Shown piece by piece: positions 38,532 through 47,156 of a stretch of DNA of 64,000 nt. Numbering within the stretch: the stretch's first letter is position 1; each line of letters starts with the position of its first letter. The translations under genes and the position numbers were made by a program. The notes under the pieces were generated by a model. It saw only the letters and a list, made by a program, of their open reading frames with translations. It did no database searches and was not told where the DNA came from. The DNA comes from a virus. The stretch lies in the IMG/VR virus record IMGVR_UViG_3300050343_000182; one strand, written 5' to 3'.

Positions 38532-39184
38532 CTGACCCCAACAAGTTTACCCAACAAGGTGAGCCTAATTATGAATTAGAGCAACAGACAGAGAAAATCT
38601 CTGGTGATGCTCAAGAGAAGGTTGAAGAGGAGCGTGTTCGTGCTCAAGAGGTCGCAGACTCTACTCCCAAGACTCCTGAGGAGATGCTCAACAACCCTGA
38701 TGTTGTGGCACCCAAGACCAAGAAGAAAGCAGCAGAGAAGAAAGCTGCTGCCGCTGCAGGAAAGGGTGGGAGTGAGAAGTTTGAAGTGGATCTTGATCGC
38801 TATTGCAGTTTTGTAGATCGTGTTACTTCTCCTGCTAGTAAGGACTACCTGTCTTACATGGAGCGTCTGACTGAGTTGCACAAAGCAGGTTGTAACATCG
38901 AGCGTCTTGACACTGCTGCAGCAGGTATCTGTGCAGAGGGTGGAGAGTTTGCAGAGATCGTTAAGAAGATCAAATTCCAAGGCAAACCTTGGGACACTGC
39001 TAACAAAGAGCACCTGCAGAAAGAGTTGGGTGATATCATGTGGTATGTTGCCAATGCTGCTATTGCACTGGACATGCGACTCGATGAAATCATCTACATC
39101 AACACACTGAAACTGGCAGCACGTTACCCTGAGGGTATGTTTGATGTCAACTACAGTGAGAATCGTGCTCCAGGAGATATCTAA
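38528..39184 (+). CDS. mazG: MazG-family nucleotide pyrophosphohydrolase with N-terminal extension
   Basis: AEGGEFAEIVKK, KELGDIMWY, KLAARYP. Confidence 0.9.
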   Translation: MTDPNKFTQQGEPNYELEQQTEKISGDAQEKVEEERVRAQEVADSTPKTPEEMLNNPDVVAPKTKKKAAEKKAAAAAGKGGSEKFEVDLDRYCSFVDRVTSPASKDYLSYMERLTELHKAGCNIERLDTAAAGICAEGGEFAEIVKKIKFQGKPWDTANKEHLQKELGDIMWYVANAAIALDMRLDEIIYINTLKLAARYPEGMFDVNYSENRAPGDI

Positions 39185-39450
39185 TGCAGTTTAGTCAAGA
39201 TGATCTTTGGAATCAGATTGCATCCCTTGGTTGGGATGTAAGGCATGATAACATTCACATCGAGATTGGTGGCACACAGGTATCTGGTATCGAGCAACCT
39301 GAAGGATACAATAAAAAGTGGGCAGCCCAAAAGGGTGACCGCAAGTATAATAAGGATGCATTCATTGTTATCAAGAACCTATCACGCAACGACGACACCA
39401 AGTCTCAACCTATGGACAGGGAGCACAAACCTCATCATCTAAATAGTTAG
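39184..39450 (+). CDS. Hypothetical protein
   Basis: TAATG-coupled to mazG; 88 aa. Confidence 0.7.
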   Translation: MQFSQDDLWNQIASLGWDVRHDNIHIEIGGTQVSGIEQPEGYNKKWAAQKGDRKYNKDAFIVIKNLSRNDDTKSQPMDREHKPHHLNS

Positions 39451-39467
39451 ATCGAGTCCTAGGTCAG

Positions 39468-40292
39468 ATGGCAAACAAGGGTTTACAATTTGAGCACGCT
39501 GTAATGTATTCTGCTATGAGCAGAGTCACCAGTAAGTCATCACAAAATAAAAAAGATTTTGATGATGCTGCTGGACGCTATGAAGCCATTCCTAATGACA
39601 TCAAGCAAGCAGCAGATCGAGTTGTGCAAAACTATGCTCCATCTGGTCTCGGTGCAAGACAAGAATACTATTCTTCATTCGAGAAGATGTCTGGTGGTGG
39701 AGAAGAACCTAAGACTGATATTAAGTTTAAGTCTGGTAGCACAGTATATAAGTGCTCAATGAAATGGGGAGACTCTTTTCAACTCTCATCAGCGGGGGTT
39801 GATAAGAGTCTTCTTGTTTTACAAAATGTTTTGAAAAAGACTGCAAAGGAAATGGGTGGTAGCACTGATGCTGAGACCCTAGGTTATCTACAATTAGTCC
39901 TGGAGCAGATCGGTAACAAGTGTGAGAATGCAAAAGGCACCATCGCACAACCACAGGCCAAAGCAATCCTCTCTGATATCAAGAAGTCGGGTGGGTTGAA
40001 TGAGCAACTGCAAGAGATCTTAGGATCAAAGCAGAAACCTAATGGTGCAGAAGCATATGATAGATTCAAATATAACTTGACGCACGAGTGTATGACTGGT
40101 GCCCTCCTGTTTAACGGTGATGACAGGGCAGCATCTCATATCCTGACAGAGGACGGGATCAAACCCATAGATGAGAAGGCAGTCCGTGACGTGATGAAGG
40201 TGGCAGGAGTCAGGGTATCCCTCAAGGGCAGGGGCACGGACAAAGTTACAGGTGTCCGTCAGAACGCCATTGTGATCCGATACGAGGTATAA
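39468..40292 (+). CDS. Putative PD-(D/E)xK-fold nuclease
   Basis: GLQFEHAV...PKTDIKF...CSMK; TAAATA at 39440-39445. Confidence 0.55.
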   Translation: MANKGLQFEHAVMYSAMSRVTSKSSQNKKDFDDAAGRYEAIPNDIKQAADRVVQNYAPSGLGARQEYYSSFEKMSGGGEEPKTDIKFKSGSTVYKCSMKWGDSFQLSSAGVDKSLLVLQNVLKKTAKEMGGSTDAETLGYLQLVLEQIGNKCENAKGTIAQPQAKAILSDIKKSGGLNEQLQEILGSKQKPNGAEAYDRFKYNLTHECMTGALLFNGDDRAASHILTEDGIKPIDEKAVRDVMKVAGVRVSLKGRGTDKVTGVRQNAIVIRYEV

Positions 40293-40299
40293 TACAGGT

Positions 40300-41484
40300 A
40301 TGGCAAACACACACTTAGAGCACCTAGAGGACGACATCCTCAATGGAGGATCCAAGGGAGGTCACAACGCTATCGCATTCTTGCGCTCGCTAGGCGACAT
40401 GCTTGGCAAACCTCAGTCCAACATGAGGGTCACTACTAAGTGGGACGGTGCTCCCGCTGTCATCTGTGGCATTCATCCTGGCACTGGTAACTTCTTCGTG
40501 GGCACCAAGGGTGTCTTTGCTAAGATGCCTAAGATCTGTGTGACTCATGAGGATGTTGACACATGGTATAGCGGTGCCTTAGCAGAGAAACTTAAAGATT
40601 GTCTTAACGAGTTACCTAAGTTAGGTATCAAAGGTGTGCTACAGGGTGATCTCCTCTTCACTAACGATACGATTGTTAAAAATATTAATGGTGAGAAGTC
40701 CTTGGTCTTCCAACCCAACACCATCACCTATGCAGTACCTGCCGATACAGATATGGCAAAGAAATTGCAAGCAGCGAAGGTGGGCATTGTATTCCACACC
40801 TCATATAGTGGTGGTCCTACCCTCCGTGACATGAAGGCATCCTTTGGTGTTAATGTTAATGGTATGCAGGGTGTGAAGAGTGTCGCTGTATTCTCTTCCA
40901 ACTTCTCAGACGATAAAGGTAAGTCTTACTTCACTAATGCTGAGCGTATTCGTTACAATGCTGCTGTCAAGAAGGCAGAAGGATCTCTCAAGCAGGCATC
41001 TAAGTTCTTAGATATTCTGCAGACGAGTGGTGAAGGTAAGTTTATGCTTGCTCCTATGTTTAAGATTTATTTCAACACATATATTCGACAAGGTAAGACA
41101 TTCCCCAGTGCTGCACAAGTATCCAAGGGATTTGAAGACTTCTATACTGCTGCACTTGATAAGGAGATCTCCCTCAAGAAGCAGGAGACAACCAAGAAGA
41201 AGTATCTTACAATGAAAGAGAATGGTCTGAAGTTTATCAAAATGAATAGCACTGCTATCTACATGACTGTCGCTTCCTACATGAATCTCACTGCTGCTAA
41301 GACTTTGGTCATCAGACAACTAGAGAAAGTCCAAGGCATCGGCACCTATATCAAGACTGATAAAGGTTACAAAGTTACTGCACCAGAAGGATTCGTTGCT
41401 ATCAAGTCGGGCAATGCACTCAAATTGGTGGACCGCTTGGAGTTTTCCAGAGCGAATTTCACCGTCGAGAAGAACTGGGGTTGA
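40300..41484 (+). CDS. Putative covalent nucleotidyltransferase (ligase/capping-enzyme fold)
   Basis: Motif I TTKWDG, III VLQGDLLF, IV PEGFVAI, V ALKLVDR in canonical order. Confidence 0.65.
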   Translation: MANTHLEHLEDDILNGGSKGGHNAIAFLRSLGDMLGKPQSNMRVTTKWDGAPAVICGIHPGTGNFFVGTKGVFAKMPKICVTHEDVDTWYSGALAEKLKDCLNELPKLGIKGVLQGDLLFTNDTIVKNINGEKSLVFQPNTITYAVPADTDMAKKLQAAKVGIVFHTSYSGGPTLRDMKASFGVNVNGMQGVKSVAVFSSNFSDDKGKSYFTNAERIRYNAAVKKAEGSLKQASKFLDILQTSGEGKFMLAPMFKIYFNTYIRQGKTFPSAAQVSKGFEDFYTAALDKEISLKKQETTKKKYLTMKENGLKFIKMNSTAIYMTVASYMNLTAAKTLVIRQLEKVQGIGTYIKTDKGYKVTAPEGFVAIKSGNALKLVDRLEFSRANFTVEKNWG

Positions 41485-41520
41485 TAAATAAAGTATATGG
41501 CTGAGTTTTTTAGTAAACCA

Positions 41521-42636
41521 ATGCGATTTATTACATTCATAAGAGAAGCAGCGGCTGCAGCAAAACCTGCTGCTAAGAAACCTTCCACATCTAGTAAGGG
41601 TAAGTCTCCTGCTGCTCAAGCAAAGATAGATGATAAGCATGTTGCTATCACCTTTGGTAGATTCAATCCACCTCATGCTGGTCATGGTAAACTCCTTGAT
41701 GCAGTCAAGGACCATGGTGGTGACTCAGGTAACTATCGTATCTACCCATCTAGATCGCAAGATCATAAGAAGAATCCACTGACTGCACATCAGAAGGTGG
41801 ATCACATGCGTAAGATGTTTAAGGGGCACAAGGATGCTATCCAGAACAATGAAGCGCACAGAAATATTTTTGATATCCTTCGTGACCTTCATGATGAAGG
41901 GCATGAGCATGTAACTATGGTTGTCGGAGACGACCGTGTGAAAGAGTTTGAAACTCTTGCTAACAAATATAATGGTAAGCACTATGACTTCAAGTCTATT
42001 AACATTAAGTCTGCAGGGGCTCGTGCTACTGACTCTGATGATCCTATCGAGAATCTGTCTGCATCAGCAATGCGTAAACACGCCCAAGGGGGTGACCATG
42101 AATCATTCCACGCTGGGACTGGTGGATACAAGGACTCTAAGAAACTGATGGGTGATGTCCTCACTGGGATGACACCTCCACCTAAAGCGAAGAAGGGTAA
42201 GAAGGGTGAGTCTGTCCACGAATCTGTGTGGTCATACGCTCCTAAACTTGACTTCGATGCCTTCCGTGACTACTATATGCTCAACCAAATCTTTAAGGTG
42301 GGTGCAATCGTAGAGCATGACGACAGTGGTATCCGTGGTAGGGTTGCACATCGTGGCACTAACTACGTTATCATTCGTGATAGTTGGGGTGGCGAGCACC
42401 GTTGCTGGTTGCAGCACATCAGTGAAGTTGCACAACTAGGACCATCAGATCTTAGTCACAAGCAAGAGGTTGCTGCTGATACTACTAAGGATCAAAGCAA
42501 CTATAGTGCCGATGATGGCAGTGGTAACACCTGGAAAGCAGGGACTGATCGCTACCGTGAAGCACTTCAGAACATGACCCCTGGTCAAAAGACAGTTAAA
42601 TTCACAGATTTCAGAAAATCTGCTGAAACTAAATAG
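41521..42636 (+). CDS. Cytidylyltransferase-family (NadM/NMNAT-like) nucleotidyltransferase
   Basis: TFGRFNPPHAGH, SQDHKKNPL, VVGDDR, LSASAMR; ATAAATA at 41484-41490; likely start MRFITFIREA. Confidence 0.85.
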   Translation: MRFITFIREAAAAAKPAAKKPSTSSKGKSPAAQAKIDDKHVAITFGRFNPPHAGHGKLLDAVKDHGGDSGNYRIYPSRSQDHKKNPLTAHQKVDHMRKMFKGHKDAIQNNEAHRNIFDILRDLHDEGHEHVTMVVGDDRVKEFETLANKYNGKHYDFKSINIKSAGARATDSDDPIENLSASAMRKHAQGGDHESFHAGTGGYKDSKKLMGDVLTGMTPPPKAKKGKKGESVHESVWSYAPKLDFDAFRDYYMLNQIFKVGAIVEHDDSGIRGRVAHRGTNYVIIRDSWGGEHRCWLQHISEVAQLGPSDLSHKQEVAADTTKDQSNYSADDGSGNTWKAGTDRYREALQNMTPGQKTVKFTDFRKSAETK

Positions 42637-42666
42637 TATTAGCGAAATTCATTTCGGTTTAGAAAC

Positions 42667-43545
42667 ATGACGTTAGAAATGCTGGTGTCTGCCGCACTCA
42701 TGGATTACAATCCCACTGAGCAGACATACATCCTCAAAGCAATCGAAGAAGATACTCTTCCAAAATCACAGAGACTCCACACAGGTGTCATGAAAGTGAT
42801 GGAAGCATTCGATGCTTACGAGCCTACAGTAGAAGGCTATGCAGGATTCAAAATTGATCGTAACTCCGTCTCAAAGAAGAAGGCAGAGTATAAAGATGAT
42901 CGAAATGTAGGTCGTGTTGTCAGATCTGGTAGTGGTGACTCTATGCTCATCACTGGTAAGAAGGCAGACGGTCGTTACATTGTTGTCGGTAAGAAAGGAG
43001 AGAAGTCAGCGAGAGATGCTGCTGACCTCGGCGTGACCGCCAAAGAAGAAGTGGTCGGCATTGATATCGATGACCTCCATCAAGAAATGCTTGAAGGTCT
43101 CAAGCAAGCACGCAAGAATGTGGGTGCTAGCAAGTGCTGGGACGGATACAAAGCAAGTGGCACTAAGAAGAAGGGTGGCAAAGATGTCCCCAACTGTGTC
43201 AAAGAAGAAGAGTTAGACGAACTCTACAAAGGTAAGCACGGACAGTCCGAGAAAGAGTATCAAGACGGTCGCTCACAAGGTGGCAAGATGGTCTCTGGCG
43301 ATTCTAAAGGGAGTGGTGCAAAATACTCTCACGGCAGAAGAGTTGACGACGGTGGCGCTGGTCCACAACCTGCTGGTGGTTCTAAGAAACCAAAGGCACA
43401 AGGTAGGATGGACAAAGGTGGTCGTGCCGAATTAGTAATGCGTAAAGCAAACCTCAAAGCAAAGAATGAGGACTTTATAAATAAACTATCGGACTCAGGA
43501 TTATTTACTGAGGCTGAATTACAAAAGATGGGTGAGATTGAATGA
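42667..43545 (+). CDS. Late, charged protein, probably a virion internal protein
   Basis: TAAATA at 42630; KCWDGYKASGTKKKGGKDVPNCVKEE module. Confidence 0.7.
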   Translation: MTLEMLVSAALMDYNPTEQTYILKAIEEDTLPKSQRLHTGVMKVMEAFDAYEPTVEGYAGFKIDRNSVSKKKAEYKDDRNVGRVVRSGSGDSMLITGKKADGRYIVVGKKGEKSARDAADLGVTAKEEVVGIDIDDLHQEMLEGLKQARKNVGASKCWDGYKASGTKKKGGKDVPNCVKEEELDELYKGKHGQSEKEYQDGRSQGGKMVSGDSKGSGAKYSHGRRVDDGGAGPQPAGGSKKPKAQGRMDKGGRAELVMRKANLKAKNEDFINKLSDSGLFTEAELQKMGEIE

Positions 43546-43925
43546 AACCAATCGGTCACAAAGAATCATCTCTAAAGACTACCAAGAAAGGTAACGTCAC
43601 CATCAATCCAAAGAAAGAGGACCTTATGTCTGAACATCTGAGAAGTAGAATCCTGAGTAGCGTAGAAGCACTCAAGGAAGCTGCCAAGAAAAAAGACAAA
43701 CACATCAAAGCCGCCAAGGCAGGTAAGCGTTGGCAGGATTCTGACGGCGATGGCAAGTGGTATGAGCCTGGTCAGGATGTCAAGAAAGAAGAGTGCGACA
43801 CCCCTGCCCCCAAGGTAGACAACGTAGCAGACGACGCTGCAAAGAAAGCTGCTAAGGATCGCATGAAGGAAAAGATGCTACAAGCTACAGCCGATTTCGA
43901 TAGAAAGAAGGCAGGCGGGAAGTAA
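43542..43925 (+). CDS. Late basic protein, probably a virion internal protein
   Basis: WQDSDGDGKWYEPGQDVKKEE. Confidence 0.7.
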   Translation: MKPIGHKESSLKTTKKGNVTINPKKEDLMSEHLRSRILSSVEALKEAAKKKDKHIKAAKAGKRWQDSDGDGKWYEPGQDVKKEECDTPAPKVDNVADDAAKKAAKDRMKEKMLQATADFDRKKAGGK

Positions 43926-43958
43926 ACACATATATAGATCAGTAACCCGTATTGATCT

Positions 43959-44135
43959 ATGTTAGCACTGCTCCTACCTTTAGCAAAGAAAACAATCACT
44001 GCACTACTTGGCAAAGACGAAGTGCGCCACTTTCTTGTGGACGTGCTGCGCTCCCTAGTCGCTACAACTGATAACAAGTTAGACGACAAGGCAGTTGATG
44101 TAGTAGAGTCACTTCTTTTCCAGAAAGAAGAATAG
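43959..44135 (+). CDS. 58-aa hypothetical protein (not in ORF track)
   Basis: MLALLLPLAKKTITALLGKDEVRHFLVDVLRSLVATTDNKLDDKAVDVVESLLFQKEE. Confidence 0.7.
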   Translation: MLALLLPLAKKTITALLGKDEVRHFLVDVLRSLVATTDNKLDDKAVDVVESLLFQKEE

Positions 44136-44180
44136 CTATAAATAACTTATAGGAATATAATCTTCATACACGGAGAAACA

Positions 44181-45005
44181 ATGGCTGTATTTGGAAAAAT
44201 TGATGCCGCAACCTTCGCAAACAATGTAGCGGTCACCAATGGTGACGCCACTGTTACGAAAAACGCTGCGGATACCGTCGTCGTAGGCGACATCTTAGAA
44301 CTCTCTAACGTTGCTTACATCGTTAAAGAAGTTACTAGCACTACTGCAATCGAATTGCACAAAGTATATGCAGGTAGCACTGCTGCTGCTCTCGCTGGCG
44401 CTGTCCGTAGGACTGCACCTAAAGCGGTTGCTGAGTATGTGATCAAGGGTGGCGACAGCAACTCATATGATCTCGTATTTGTTGACACCACGGAAATGTC
44501 ACTCGCTGAGAATAAGTCTCGCGGTATCACAGGTCCTGGTTGGTGGCAGTATCGCACATACACCACTGCTAATGGTGACACCAAGCATAAGGCAGAGTGC
44601 TTAGCATTCGTCCATGCTACTGCTGGTGCTGCTGGTGACGACGCTGATGACACTGTGGTTGCTGATGTAGCATCTGCTGTAACTGTTACAGCACAACCTG
44701 CTGCTTCTACTTCTTCCTCTGGTGCTGGTACGTTTACTCTTACCACATCCACCACAGGAACACCTGGAGCACTTGCATATGTCTGGCAACGTCAGACTGC
44801 TGCCTCAACTAAGAAGTGGACTAACATCACTGCTTCCCTTGACACTGGCATCACCTATGCAGACTTCACGACCGCAACTCTTGCTTACAGTGGTCTCGCT
44901 GGCGACACTCTGGACGGTTACAAGTATCGCGTCAAGATTACCTCAGCAGGTGGCACCGAAGAAGTGATCACCGATGGCGTAGGCGCTCTGACCTTCGGGT
45001 CTTGA
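44181..45005 (+). CDS. Virion structural protein with C-terminal Ig-like domain
   Basis: TATAAATA at 44137-44144; VTVTAQP...YVWQRQ...GYKYRVKIT I-set-like pattern; Ala/Thr-rich. Confidence 0.75.
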   Translation: MAVFGKIDAATFANNVAVTNGDATVTKNAADTVVVGDILELSNVAYIVKEVTSTTAIELHKVYAGSTAAALAGAVRRTAPKAVAEYVIKGGDSNSYDLVFVDTTEMSLAENKSRGITGPGWWQYRTYTTANGDTKHKAECLAFVHATAGAAGDDADDTVVADVASAVTVTAQPAASTSSSGAGTFTLTTSTTGTPGALAYVWQRQTAASTKKWTNITASLDTGITYADFTTATLAYSGLAGDTLDGYKYRVKITSAGGTEEVITDGVGALTFGS

Positions 45006-45023
45006 TAACTGACTTTTTACATA

Positions 45024-45395
45024 ATGCATTTTGATCAACTTAGTGAAAAAAACTATTTAATGTTTGCTATTCAGCATTATGATAACCCACAGTCGGTTAC
45101 CGTAGATGATTTTATGGAGGACATGAAGAAATTCAAATACCTTAAGAGGTTACTCAAGAGGTATTTGAAAACGGGTGTCCTCCGTGTCAATCTGATACTC
45201 AATCATCTTATCATTCTGTTTAATGTGTTTAGTGACGGGACGATCCCGCTACTGATGTATAAATTAGAGAGAGAATATTGGTCCCTGATAAAGACCTTTC
45301 TTGTATATCTGAATAGATATCCACAGGTTCCTGCTGGATGTCTTGACCTTGTTGATATCGATAACGACGTAAAAGACTTACTAGAAGATCTGTGA
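45024..45395 (+). CDS. Conserved T4-like hypothetical protein
   Basis: FAIQHYDNP, KFKYLKRLLKRY, LILNHLIILFNVF. Confidence 0.75.
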   Translation: MHFDQLSEKNYLMFAIQHYDNPQSVTVDDFMEDMKKFKYLKRLLKRYLKTGVLRVNLILNHLIILFNVFSDGTIPLLMYKLEREYWSLIKTFLVYLNRYPQVPAGCLDLVDIDNDVKDLLEDL

Positions 45396-45781
45396 TGAAT
45401 GAAGACGCACCCACAATGAGCGCAGGCGATGGTGGTTTCAGCAACACTGCTGATGCAACTGGACCCAATGCTGGTTTCACTCCTCTCCTAGGAGGGTCGA
45501 AAAAGAAACCTAAGAAGCGTCGTCGCTATACTATTTCCCAGTCCGACATGTTAGCGACTGAAGGAGCACAGAAAGATACCTCATACCTACCATTCCTTAT
45601 CTCCTATGATGGGGCAGAGCAGTATGTATTGTATAGTAAGTCAGAAGCACAACTAAAGATAGAACTTCGTAAGATCTATCGCCCAGAAAACTTTAAGAAG
45701 TTGGATGTTAAACGTCTTTATCCTAATGATGTAATCCAGTTTTACTGGAAGAAACGACAAGCAGCACTTAGATCCGAATAA
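45392..45781 (+). CDS. Hypothetical protein
   Basis: Starts MMNEDAPTMSAG; GTGA overlap with the previous stop. Confidence 0.7.
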   Translation: MMNEDAPTMSAGDGGFSNTADATGPNAGFTPLLGGSKKKPKKRRRYTISQSDMLATEGAQKDTSYLPFLISYDGAEQYVLYSKSEAQLKIELRKIYRPENFKKLDVKRLYPNDVIQFYWKKRQAALRSE

Positions 45782-46212
45782 TGGCCGACATTAACTCAGC
45801 GATTCTAGAAAGATTAGAAAAGGTAGTTGATTCATTACAGGATAATTCTGTAAAGATGGGTCAACTACTTGCAGTACATAACGAAAAACTATCTACACAG
45901 AGTGAAGTTGACGGTATTCTATTTGAAAAAGTAGATAGACTTCATGCAGATCTGAATAAAGAGACAGACACAATCAAGAAAGGTTGTGAGAGAGACATTC
46001 GTTTGGTGGATGATAGACTCAGGATGATGGAGAAAAAGATGTGGACCATCTTCGGTGGTCTTGCTGTGATCTCTTTCCTCGTCAGTGTCCCAGGTCAAGC
46101 ATTGCTTAGGTCATTGACACCTGGCGATCCATCTGCTATGGTGGATGCAATGGACCGCTCTGCATGGATTACGTCGATGACAAATACATCCGACTTCTCA
46201 GCACCAGGCTAG
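45781..46212 (+). CDS. Coiled-coil protein with C-terminal TM helix
   Basis: LERLEKVVDSL...RLRMMEKKMWTIFGGLAVISFLVSV. Confidence 0.7.
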   Translation: MADINSAILERLEKVVDSLQDNSVKMGQLLAVHNEKLSTQSEVDGILFEKVDRLHADLNKETDTIKKGCERDIRLVDDRLRMMEKKMWTIFGGLAVISFLVSVPGQALLRSLTPGDPSAMVDAMDRSAWITSMTNTSDFSAPG

Positions 46213-47156
46213 AGAAATACAAACACGTCAAATCAGGACTATATAACTTCCGCTGCCCTTACTGTGGTGATTCACAGAAGCATAAGAATAAGGCACGGGG
46301 GTATTTTTTTCTGAAGAAGACTGAATACATCTTCAAGTGTCACAACTGTGGCATGGGTAGATCGCTGTCTAATTTTCTAAAGGACAATGCTGCTGACCTT
46401 CATGGTGAGTTCGTCATGGAGAAATATAAGCAGGGGATGACTGGTAAAGGTAGGCACACACCTGCTCCTGAATACAAAGGTGCAAAGCCAAAGTTTGCTA
46501 ACAAAGTGACAGATCTCACTCCGATCAGCGAGCTAAATACAACGCACCCCGCCAAGAAGTATCTTCTTGATAGAAGAATCCCAGAAGATCAACTGGGTAG
46601 ATTCTTCTATGTTGACAAGTTTAAGAGGTGGGTTAATACGCAACGCCAGACATTTGACAATCTTCAGAATGACAGACCTAGAATTATTATCCCTCTCATT
46701 GACAAGGACGGTAATTGGTTTGGCATTCAGGGTAGATCTATGGCAGCAACTTCTACGCTACGATACATCACCGTGATGTTTGAGAATCAACTCAAACTAT
46801 TCGGACAAGACCAAGTAAACCCAGAGGAGACAGTGTATGTCACAGAAGGACCCTTCGATAGTACTTTCATTAAGCAATCTGTTGCTATGTGTGGCAGCGA
46901 TGTTGACCACCGCACTCTTCCTTATACACATAGGGTCTGGGTCTTCGACAACGAGCCTAGAAACAGACAGATCGTGTCTAGGATTGATGCGGCAATTGGA
47001 AGCGGCGAAGCAGTAGTCATCTGGCCGAAGTCAGTAAAAGAAAAAGATATTAATGACATGGTGTTGGCAGGACTTGACCCTGCTGCTATAATAAAGAGCA
47101 ACACCTTTTCAGGATTAAAAGCAAAGGTACAACTTACAGATTGGAAAAAGGTATGA
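46164..47156 (+). CDS. gp61: DNA primase gp61
   Basis: FRCPYCGDS, FKCHNCG, VTEGPFDS, VFDNEPRN, KDINDM. Confidence 0.96.
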   Translation: MDYVDDKYIRLLSTRLEKYKHVKSGLYNFRCPYCGDSQKHKNKARGYFFLKKTEYIFKCHNCGMGRSLSNFLKDNAADLHGEFVMEKYKQGMTGKGRHTPAPEYKGAKPKFANKVTDLTPISELNTTHPAKKYLLDRRIPEDQLGRFFYVDKFKRWVNTQRQTFDNLQNDRPRIIIPLIDKDGNWFGIQGRSMAATSTLRYITVMFENQLKLFGQDQVNPEETVYVTEGPFDSTFIKQSVAMCGSDVDHRTLPYTHRVWVFDNEPRNRQIVSRIDAAIGSGEAVVIWPKSVKEKDINDMVLAGLDPAAIIKSNTFSGLKAKVQLTDWKKV

